Virus record (IMG/VR): IMGVR_UViG_3300025655_000043
Location: 1-56,634 of that record
DNA: 56,634 nucleotides
From: a virus
Lineage: Duplodnaviria > Caudoviricetes
Strand: one strand, 5' to 3'
In this document: positions 46,987 through 54,389 of the stretch, piece by piece
How positions within the stretch are numbered: the first letter of the stretch is position 1
How the letters are laid out: each line of letters begins with the position of its first letter
Translations under genes and position numbers: made by a program
The notes under the pieces: generated by a model
The model's input: only the letters and a program-made list of their open reading frames with translations
The model's database searches: none
What the model was told of the DNA's origin: nothing

Positions 46987-47015
46987 ATTATGACGCAGTC
47001 CTGCAACGATGGCAA
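46987..47015 (-). promoter_or_regulatory. Leftward promoter TTGCCA-N17-CATAAT
   Basis: Near consensus; part of divergent control region. Confidence 0.75.
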
Positions 47016-47041
47016 CTTATTTTTGCATCACAAGAAATAGT

Positions 47042-47119
47042 TTGCCTTCTTGGCGAAGACGACCGATAATATCAGAGCCGAAAATAACCGTTGCGAAAGT
47101 TTGAAGACCACGGCATACT
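47042..47119 (+). promoter_or_regulatory. Two tandem rightward promoters: TTGCCT-N17-GATAAT (47042-47070) and TTGCGA-N17-CATACT (47091-47119)
   Basis: Both have 17-bp spacers and sit back-to-back with the leftward promoter. Confidence 0.7.
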
Positions 47120-47146
47120 CGCAACACCAAACTGGAGAACTGAAGA

Positions 47147-47485
47147 ATGCCGAAAGTTTACATAACACAAGTGCCGAACCGGCGCGACCCTGAGACGAAC
47201 ACATTCGTCCCTACGGTCAACATTGCTCCCGCAGCTGAACACGGTGAACCCGTGATCCTCATGCCTCCTCGGTCGTCGTTCTTCGCGACGTCGGACTTGG
47301 TGAAGCAGCTGCGTGAGAAACTAGAGCACTACGACTACGAAGCTGGCGACAGCATCGTGGCCATGGGCGACCCCGCTGTCATCGCTGTTGCTTGTGCACT
47401 GCTCGGCAAGTTGCACGGGCGGTTCCAAGTGTTGAAGTGGGACAAGAATGTGGGGCGGTACATACCGTCACACGTGAGTGTTTAA
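47147..47485 (+). CDS. Hypothetical protein, 112 aa
   Basis: GGAG SD; alpha/beta pattern (D.IVAMGDP). Confidence 0.8.
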   Translation: MPKVYITQVPNRRDPETNTFVPTVNIAPAAEHGEPVILMPPRSSFFATSDLVKQLREKLEHYDYEAGDSIVAMGDPAVIAVACALLGKLHGRFQVLKWDKNVGRYIPSHVSV

Positions 47486-47505
47486 CTGAGAAAGGAGAAA
47501 GTAGG

Positions 47506-48006
47506 ATGTCTATCACACTAGACGAAATGACCGCCTTGGCTCGCGCCTTGGTGGATGCGGACTCGGCTGTTGAAGAGGCTGAAGCCGCGCTGAAGCACAC
47601 CAAGGAGGTTGCGCGCATCTTGCGCGAAGAAACAATCCCCTCGGCAATGCAAGAACTGGGCATCGAGAAACTTGAACTCAGCACCGGTCAGAAGATCACC
47701 ATCTCCCAAGAGGTGTACGCTTCCATCCCAGCTGCGAGCAAAGACGACGCTCACCGTTGGCTGGAGGCGAATGGGTTCGGCGGCTTGATCAAGGTCGGCG
47801 TCACCACCCAGTACGGCAAGGGCGAACGCGACGCCGCTCTCACGTTGTTCCGTGACCTTGTTGGTCGCGGTCTCAGCGCCAAGTTCGACGAGAGCGTTCA
47901 CCCTCAGACGTTGAAGGCGTTCCTCAAGGAACAAATTTCCTCCGGCAACAACGTGCCGCTGGAACTGTTTGGTGCGCGTCCTGTCTGGACCGCAAAGATC
48001 AAGTAA
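47506..48006 (+). CDS. Conserved replication-module protein, 166 aa
   Basis: AAGGAG SD; IP.AM.E.G, WL..NG.G.LIK, VHPQTLKAF.KE motifs. Confidence 0.8.
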   Translation: MSITLDEMTALARALVDADSAVEEAEAALKHTKEVARILREETIPSAMQELGIEKLELSTGQKITISQEVYASIPAASKDDAHRWLEANGFGGLIKVGVTTQYGKGERDAALTLFRDLVGRGLSAKFDESVHPQTLKAFLKEQISSGNNVPLELFGARPVWTAKIK

Positions 48007-48029
48007 CCCAACTCTCAAGGAGAATCATC

Positions 48030-48812
48030 ATGGCTACAAAACCCAAAACCGATGTCGCAGTGAAAGACGACAAGAACCTCCCGATGGCAATGATGGCGGA
48101 CATGGCCGCCGACGCTGGCATGGGGCTGGAAGGCGCGGACAAAGACTCGTTCGCAATACCGTTCATCGCGATGCTGCAAGGTCTTTCGCCGCAACTGGAA
48201 ACAGTCGAAAGCGCAAAGCCCGGACTGTTCATCAACACCATCACCAACGAGGTGTTCAAGGAGGCGTTGGTCGTGCCGTGCGCGTACCAGCGGCGTTACC
48301 TGCGTTGGGCTCCGCGCGACGCTGGCGGCGGCTACAAGGGCGACTTCAGCCCGATCGATGTCGAAACCGGCAAGCTGCTCAACGTGGAACGCGGCGACGA
48401 TGGGCGTCTGCGGATCGACGGCGACGAGTTGAAGGACACGCGCAATCACTTTGTCCTCGTGCGCTCGACGAGCGGCGTGTGGCAACCAGCGTTGCTGTCG
48501 CTCAGTTCCACGCAGATCAAGAAGTCGAAGCGTTGGATGAGCCTCATTCAAGGCATCGAGATGCGCAACCCGCAAGGCAAGCCGTTCACCCCTCCCTCGT
48601 TCAGCCACGTGTACAAACTCACAGGCGTGAAGGAGGAAAACTCGAAAGGCTCTTGGTGGGGCATCAACATCGAGGTTGTGGAGCCGGTGGCTGATCAAGA
48701 CCTCTACCTCAAGGCTCGTGAGTTCAGCAAGCAGGTCGCTGCAGGCGAGGTGAAAGTCTCTGAGCCCGTCTCTGACGCGGTGCACGAAGAAGGCGGCGAC
48801 GACCGCTTCTAA
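48030..48812 (+). CDS. Putative ssDNA-binding/annealing protein, 260 aa
   Basis: Beta-rich core, acidic C-terminus ending DDRF, upstream of primase. Confidence 0.55.
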   Translation: MATKPKTDVAVKDDKNLPMAMMADMAADAGMGLEGADKDSFAIPFIAMLQGLSPQLETVESAKPGLFINTITNEVFKEALVVPCAYQRRYLRWAPRDAGGGYKGDFSPIDVETGKLLNVERGDDGRLRIDGDELKDTRNHFVLVRSTSGVWQPALLSLSSTQIKKSKRWMSLIQGIEMRNPQGKPFTPPSFSHVYKLTGVKEENSKGSWWGINIEVVEPVADQDLYLKAREFSKQVAAGEVKVSEPVSDAVHEEGGDDRF

Positions 48813-48831
48813 GCCGCATCGCAATCAACTG

Positions 48832-48871
48832 AAAGGCGTGCGGCTGTCCAACAACAGTCGTGCGCCTTTTT
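48832..48871 (+). terminator. Intrinsic terminator-like hairpin before the primase gene
   Basis: AAAGGCGTGCGGCTGT...ACAGTCGTGCGCCTTTTT. Confidence 0.6.
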
Positions 48872-48891
48872 CATCAGAGAGGAGTTCATGA

Positions 48892-51051
48892 ATGAACGAA
48901 ACGCACACAGCTGCGGTCGATTATGCCAAGCGCGGATGGATGGTCTTCCCGCTGCATTCGATCGCTGACGATGGTGTGTGCACTTGTGGGAACGCGGCTT
49001 GCTCAGACGCTGGCAAGCACCCAAGAGTTGCACGCGGCTTGAAGGAAGCGTCGCGCGACCTGAAGCAAATAGACGACTGGTTCGGCGCGAGTGCGCCGCG
49101 CTCCAACATCGGCATCGTCACCGGAGAAATCTCCGGCATCACGGTGCTCGACATCGACGTGGGTGAAGGCAAGTTCGGCGCAGAGTCTTGGGCTGACGCG
49201 ATTGCAGACCACGGCGAACCCAACACGCTCATCGCTGAGACTGGTTCCGGCGGGATGCACGTGATCTTTCAATACAACTCCGCGCTCAAGACAGCCAGCA
49301 ACGTGCTCGGCAAAGGCGTGGACAGCCGCAACGACGGCGGCTACATTGTCGCTGCGCCTTCGCGCCACCGGTCGGGAGGGACTTACAAGTGGCTCAATTG
49401 GGGAACCGCGTTGGCTGTTCTCCCCGCGCATCTCTCGCGCCGCAAAGAAACCCGTGGCCGTCCGAAGAAGGACGACATGTATCGCGGCAAGTACACCATC
49501 GAACAAGTGGCGACGATGCTGGAAAGCGTTCCCGCAGACGACAGGGACTTGTGGCGGTCGGTGGGAATCATTCTCGGCAGAGAGTTTGACCGCGTGGACG
49601 AGGCTTGGACGGTTTACCAAGAGTGGTCTGCAAAGTTCAGCGGCAAGAAAGGTCGCAACCACAACGAGATCATGCACGAGGCGTTCTATGAGTTGAGCCA
49701 GCAGAACGCCGAAAAGCAACTCACCGTCGGCACCATCGTGAAGGCTGCGCTCGACAACGGTTGGGCTCCCAAGAGCGGTGAGGTGCCGCTCGGCAACTTC
49801 ATCTACTACGGTCCAGGCAACAACTACATCTACCGCCCCACCAACAGCTTCTGGATTGCTGCTGCTGTGGACTCAGCCGTGTCGCCGGTGAACGAGAATG
49901 GCAAGTTGATGAAGGCGTCAGATTGGCTGCGCAAGAACGCGCTGGTCACCTCCATGACTTCCGACCCCTCGATCGAAGACGACTACGTGAAAGGCTACGA
50001 TTGCCGCGACGGAGAGGTGGTGGTGAGCGCGGGTGCGGCGTTGTTCAATGCGTACCGCCGCCCGACGATCGAACTGGGCGTGCCCAAGATGGCGCAACCG
50101 TTCCTCGACCACGTGCACCGCATCTTCAACAAGGCAGGCGACGCCGAGCAGTTCCTGAACTACATGGCTCACCGCGTGCAAAAGCCATGGGAGAAACCTC
50201 GGTTCGCGCTGCTGATTGCCGGTGGGCAAGGCGTGGGCAAAGACACGGCGATCGAGTTTTGCTGTCCGGCGATCGGCGCATGGAACGTCTCGAACATCGA
50301 CCCTGGAGCCTTCGAGCAATCCTTCAACGAGTACGCTGCCGCAACGCTCGTGCGCATCTCGGAAGCCGCCAATTTGCACGAGATGTCCAAGTGGGCGTTC
50401 AACGAACGCACCAAGGTGCTGATCGCCGGTTCACCCGACACCTGCCAGATCAATCCCAAGTATGGCCAGAAGTTCTCGGTGCGCATGTACTGCGGCGTGA
50501 TCATCACCACCAACCACCTCGCCAACGGCATCTACATCCCTGAGGACGACCGCCGCTACGACGTGATCGACTGCGCCACCATGGACGAGATGGGACTGCG
50601 CAAGGAAGACGTCCGCCGCCAGTACTTCAGCGACCTGTGGGAGTGGTTCTTCGAAGGCGGTGCGAGCCACGTGGCCGCGTACCTCCACGAGCACGACATC
50701 TCCAAGTTCAACGCAAGCAACGGCCAACGCAAAACCGACGCGCACAAAACGGTCGTGGCTTCCGGCATGACGGGCGACCAATGGCTCGACGACATCCTCG
50801 AAGACATGAACTACCCCGTGGCTGTTCGGTCGGATTGGCTGCTCACCAAGGCGGTTGCCGAAGGCGAAAAGGAAGGCGACATCAAGCGCAAGTTGGCCAA
50901 CTCCATGACCCGCTCCGGCTACACGCTCCATCGCTCGGACAGGAAAGACGGTCGGTGGAAGATCGGCAACAAGGTTGTCACCGTCTACGTGAAAGCAGGC
51001 ACACCCAACGATTACGACCCAACACAGGAGTTGGCCAATGAACCGTTCTAA
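48892..51051 (+). CDS. Primase-polymerase (AEP) + PriCT-2 + superfamily-3-like helicase, 719 aa
   Basis: VFPL..CTC...C..AGKHP, NIGIVTG, VLDID, TGSGG.H, GGYIVAAPSRH; W..VG...W..WS; Walker A GGQGVGKD; DRRY. Confidence 0.9.
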   Translation: MNETHTAAVDYAKRGWMVFPLHSIADDGVCTCGNAACSDAGKHPRVARGLKEASRDLKQIDDWFGASAPRSNIGIVTGEISGITVLDIDVGEGKFGAESWADAIADHGEPNTLIAETGSGGMHVIFQYNSALKTASNVLGKGVDSRNDGGYIVAAPSRHRSGGTYKWLNWGTALAVLPAHLSRRKETRGRPKKDDMYRGKYTIEQVATMLESVPADDRDLWRSVGIILGREFDRVDEAWTVYQEWSAKFSGKKGRNHNEIMHEAFYELSQQNAEKQLTVGTIVKAALDNGWAPKSGEVPLGNFIYYGPGNNYIYRPTNSFWIAAAVDSAVSPVNENGKLMKASDWLRKNALVTSMTSDPSIEDDYVKGYDCRDGEVVVSAGAALFNAYRRPTIELGVPKMAQPFLDHVHRIFNKAGDAEQFLNYMAHRVQKPWEKPRFALLIAGGQGVGKDTAIEFCCPAIGAWNVSNIDPGAFEQSFNEYAAATLVRISEAANLHEMSKWAFNERTKVLIAGSPDTCQINPKYGQKFSVRMYCGVIITTNHLANGIYIPEDDRRYDVIDCATMDEMGLRKEDVRRQYFSDLWEWFFEGGASHVAAYLHEHDISKFNASNGQRKTDAHKTVVASGMTGDQWLDDILEDMNYPVAVRSDWLLTKAVAEGEKEGDIKRKLANSMTRSGYTLHRSDRKDGRWKIGNKVVTVYVKAGTPNDYDPTQELANEPF

Positions 51052-51424
51052 GATGTTCGATCCGTTCGACCCGAACAATCGCGACAAACGCAAACGCCGC
51101 ACCAAGGCGCAAATTGCCGCCGACACCGCTGCTTGGAACGCTCGAATCGACGATGCGTTCCGGATTGCGTTGGAGGAACTCAACGACCCAAACTACGCGC
51201 AAGGCGACTTCCTGCTCGAAGTTGCCGCGCAACATCACGACAACTACTACGCGCTGCGACGCAACATCACGCCTGCGATGGAGCGGCTCGGCTACAAAAT
51301 TCTGCCCAACGAAAACTCCTCCGACAAGCGGTGGAAGGCGTTCGGCAAGAGCCTCACCGTCTACCGGAAAGTGGACGCGCCTGTCCTCGAACGCGACGCG
51401 CTGGCCGTCGAATTGGAGTGGTGA
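51038..51424 (+). CDS. Hypothetical protein, 128 aa
   Basis: AGGAG SD; C-terminus (M..LGY...D.RWK..GK..TVY.K) resembles the last domain of the primase-helicase. Confidence 0.7.
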   Translation: MNRSKMFDPFDPNNRDKRKRRTKAQIAADTAAWNARIDDAFRIALEELNDPNYAQGDFLLEVAAQHHDNYYALRRNITPAMERLGYKILPNENSSDKRWKAFGKSLTVYRKVDAPVLERDALAVELEW

Positions 51425-51427
51425 GGG

Positions 51428-51670
51428 ATGGGCACGCCGCTGACACCTTGGATCAAGATCAACAAGGGCGACCGCCGCCCAACCGAGCGCGTCCTCGTCT
51501 CGTACGATTACAAAGACCTTGACGCTGAAACGCTGGAGTGGGTCACACGTTGGGGCGTCACCGGCGCATGGTGGAACCCTAAGCGCCAACATTGGGTTGC
51601 TGATCACGGCAAGCCGATCACGAACGTGACACATTGGATGCCGATGCCTGGAGTGAATGATGACCGATGA
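51428..51670 (+). CDS. DUF551-like protein, 80 aa
   Basis: WIKI...P...VLV...VTHWMPMP. Confidence 0.75.
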   Translation: MGTPLTPWIKINKGDRRPTERVLVSYDYKDLDAETLEWVTRWGVTGAWWNPKRQHWVADHGKPITNVTHWMPMPGVNDDR

Positions 51671-51791
51671 AGAGCGAATCGCTCAACTCGAAGCAACCGT
51701 GGCCATGCTCGAAAGACGCATCGAACAACTGCGAGATGAGATAAAATATCTGAAACGGAAGGTTGGAAAGTGGCCCGACAAACACGTTTAA
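51657..51791 (+). CDS. Small coiled-coil protein, about 44 aa, not in ORF track
   Basis: GGAG SD; MMTDEERIAQLEATVAMLERRIEQLRDEIKYLK heptads; TAA at 51789. Confidence 0.55.
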   Translation: MMTDEERIAQLEATVAMLERRIEQLRDEIKYLKRKVGKWPDKHV

Positions 51792-51958
51792 AAGTGTTAG
51801 AACAGATATTTTTGGAGAGAAAATTGCGTGGAGTTAAGTTCGACGATGTTGGTTTTAACGGGCTGAAACAGAAGATGGATTTTCGGCGATGGAATGGCGT
51901 AAGTCGTTGTTCGACGAGGGGAAATCGACGATTGCACGCCGGTGGTGGGAGAGTGCGT

Positions 51959-52078
51959 AGCCCGTCAAACGTGGTAATACTCCCAAAGATATTTAATTAT
52001 ATAACGAGGAGAATATAGGGAAAATCAGAATAATAAACGATTAAATATCCGGACGATATTTACCACGTTCATCGGGCT
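51959..52078. repeat. 120-bp interrupted palindrome around an AT-rich core (candidate ori or pac)
   Basis: Outer arms 51959-51977 and 52060-52078 (16/19 match); inner arms 51988-51997 and 52040-52049 (10/10); symmetric 10-bp spacers. Confidence 0.7.
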
Positions 52079-52090
52079 GAGGACTTTCCC

Positions 52091-52119
52091 TTGCCTTTGC
52101 CGTGCAGTCAGCACATAAT
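52091..52119 (+). promoter_or_regulatory. Promoter TTGCCT-N17-CATAAT for packaging/head genes
   Basis: Near consensus, directly upstream of TerS. Confidence 0.75.
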
Positions 52120-52148
52120 TCAAACAAACATTCGACGGAGCGTGCCAG

Positions 52149-52640
52149 ATGGCGACCAAATACACGGACGCAGACAAGCGCAAAATTGCAGACAAAGTCT
52201 TCAGGCTCATGGAGACAGGCATGCCTCTGGGCAAGTCGTGCAAAGAAACTGGCGTTCCGAAAGCTACCGTGCAGGGTTGGATCGCCGCTGACACGGCCAT
52301 CGCCGGCCAGTACGCGCTCGCGCGCGAGGCGCTGCTGGAACATTGGGCTGAGGAAGTGGTCACTGTTGCCGACGACGATCCCGCGCAAGTGGTCGATCAA
52401 AACGGCGTCGCTCGTTATGACTCTGCCGCCGTGCAACATCAACGTCTGCGCGTTGACTCACGCAAGTGGGTGCTCAGCAAACTCAAGCCGAAACAATACG
52501 GCGACAAGATCACCAACGAACACACGGGTGTCGACGGTGGACCAATCGCGCTGGCGGCGGTCGACCTGAAGAACCTCAGCGACAAAGAACTTGCAGAAAT
52601 GAAAGCCCTGATGGCGAAGATATCTGGTGGGAAGGAATAA
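52149..52640 (+). CDS. terS: Terminase small subunit
   Basis: N-terminal HTH, Y..ARE, RLRVDSRKW.LSKL.PK.YGDK. Confidence 0.88.
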   Translation: MATKYTDADKRKIADKVFRLMETGMPLGKSCKETGVPKATVQGWIAADTAIAGQYALAREALLEHWAEEVVTVADDDPAQVVDQNGVARYDSAAVQHQRLRVDSRKWVLSKLKPKQYGDKITNEHTGVDGGPIALAAVDLKNLSDKELAEMKALMAKISGGKE

Positions 52641-52821
52641 CACATTGTTTGAAAATGAAACGAAGTTCAAACTCATCGATGTCCTCTGGCCGTGGGGGAG
52701 GATCAAGCGTTTGAAGATTGCCTTGAATCAATCTTTGCAAGACAATCAAGCCCTCGCCGACAAACTGTCGGAATTGACAGACCGCGATGAACGCGGCAGA
52801 TTCGTGAAGAAGCCGAAATGA
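52627..52821 (+). CDS. Small hypothetical protein, up to 64 aa
   Basis: Fills TerS-TerL gap; ends RDERGRFVK; ATGA-coupled to TerL; start uncertain. Confidence 0.5.
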   Translation: MGRNNTLFENETKFKLIDVLWPWGRIKRLKIALNQSLQDNQALADKLSELTDRDERGRFVKKPK

Positions 52822-54389
52822 ACTCTGTTGTTGAGCCTGCATTGCTGTTGAAGATGATCGAGGTGGAAGAAAGCCGCCGCGCAGCTTCAGGCTCACTGTA
52901 CGAGTTCGTGCGTCAATGTTGGCCAACAGTCGAACCAGGAGTGAAGTTCGTCGAGTCATGGCACATTGAAACAATCTGCGAGCACCTTGAAGCGATCACC
53001 GCTGGCGAGATCCGCAAGCTGCTCATCAACATCCCGCCGCGCCATTCAAAGTCCACGATCGTTTCGGTCATTTGGCCGATGTGGGAGTGGCTGACAGATC
53101 CAGCACACAAGTACCTGTGCGCATCCTACTCCGGCAACCTCAGCATCCGCGACAACCTGAAGGCAAGACGCTTAGTCCAATCACCATGGTATCAGGAACG
53201 ATGGGGACACATGTTCAGGCTTGCCGGAGACCAGAACGCCAAGCAGCGATTCGAGAACGACAAGACCGGCTACCGGCTTGCAACCTCGGTGGGCGGCACG
53301 GCGACGGGTGAAGGCGGATCGCGCCTGATCCTGGACGATCCACACTCTGCGCAAGAGGCTCAATCGGACGTGATCCGTGAGAGTGCGTTGGAGTGGTTCG
53401 ATGTTGTTTGGTCGACCCGTCTGAACGACCCGAAGAAAGACGCCATGGTGACCATCATGCAGCGTCTGCACGAGCGCGACATCTCAGGCCACATCCTTGA
53501 GGACATTGGCGGCTGGGAACACTTGATGATCCCCGCTGAGTGGGACGGCGTGAAGCGCAAGACGTTGCTGGGTGCGTATGATCCGCGCAAGAAGAAGGGT
53601 GACTTGATCTGCCCTGAACGCTTCGGCGAGAAAGAGATCACCGAACTGAAACAGCTGCTCGGCACGTATGGCACGGCAGGCCAACTGCAGCAAGACCCGA
53701 CGCCGTCTGAAGGCGGCATCTTGAAGACCGCGCACATCCAGATGTGGCCACACGACAAAGCGTTGCCGCAGTTCGAATACATTCTGCAGTCCTACGATTG
53801 CGCGTTCACCGAGAAAACGACCGGCGACCCGACCGCATGCAGCGTCTGGGCAATGTTCACGCACGAAGGCAAGCGCAACGCGATGCTGATCGACGCATGG
53901 GACGAGCACCTGTCGTACCCTGAGTTGCGCACCCGCGCCATCAAGGACTGGGGAACAGAGTACGGCGGCACATCCATCAAGGACGGCGTGCGCCGCGCTC
54001 GCAGACCCGACCGCGTGCTTGTTGAAGCCAAGGCGTCTGGCCAGTCGTTGCTCCAAGACCTGCGGTTGGCGAAGGTTCCAGCCATCCCCTACAATCCTGG
54101 ACTGGCGGACAAAGTCAGCCGTGCGCACCAAGCCGCGCCGACGTTGGAACTGGGGTTGATCTGGGTTCCTGAGTCAGCCAAGAACCCCGGACAGCCGGTC
54201 AGTTGGGCTGCGGCATTCCTGAAACAGCTTGCCAAATTCCCAGTTGCAGAGCATGATGACTATGTTGACACGTTCACGCAGGCGATAATCTACCTCAAGA
54301 ACAGCCAGTGGTTTGAACTGCCGCAAGCACGTGACCACGACGAACCGCAAAGGCTCAACGAACCTAGGGTGAATCCTTATGCCGCCTAA
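52818..54389 (+). CDS. terL: Terminase large subunit, 523 aa
   Basis: [12 protein letters not shown] (Walker A), LILDDP, IMQRLH..D, QSYDCA, VEAKASG, HDDYVD. Confidence 0.95.
   Translation: MNSVVEPALLLKMIEVEESRRAASGSLYEFVRQCWPTVEPGVKFVESWHIETICEHLEAITAGEIRKLLINIPPRHSKSTIVSVIWPMWEWLTDPAHKYLCASYSGNLSIRDNLKARRLVQSPWYQERWGHMFRLAGDQNAKQRFENDKTGYRLATSVGGTATGEGGSRLILDDPHSAQEAQSDVIRESALEWFDVVWSTRLNDPKKDAMVTIMQRLHERDISGHILEDIGGWEHLMIPAEWDGVKRKTLLGAYDPRKKKGDLICPERFGEKEITELKQLLGTYGTAGQLQQDPTPSEGGILKTAHIQMWPHDKALPQFEYILQSYDCAFTEKTTGDPTACSVWAMFTHEGKRNAMLIDAWDEHLSYPELRTRAIKDWGTEYGGTSIKDGVRRARRPDRVLVEAKASGQSLLQDLRLAKVPAIPYNPGLADKVSRAHQAAPTLELGLIWVPESAKNPGQPVSWAAAFLKQLAKFPVAEHDDYVDTFTQAIIYLKNSQWFELPQARDHDEPQRLNEPRVNPYAA

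Noticed and set aside
51770-52018. 82-aa ORF in the AT-rich gap
   Set aside because: No clear RBS, atypical composition, overlaps the palindrome; treated as non-coding.
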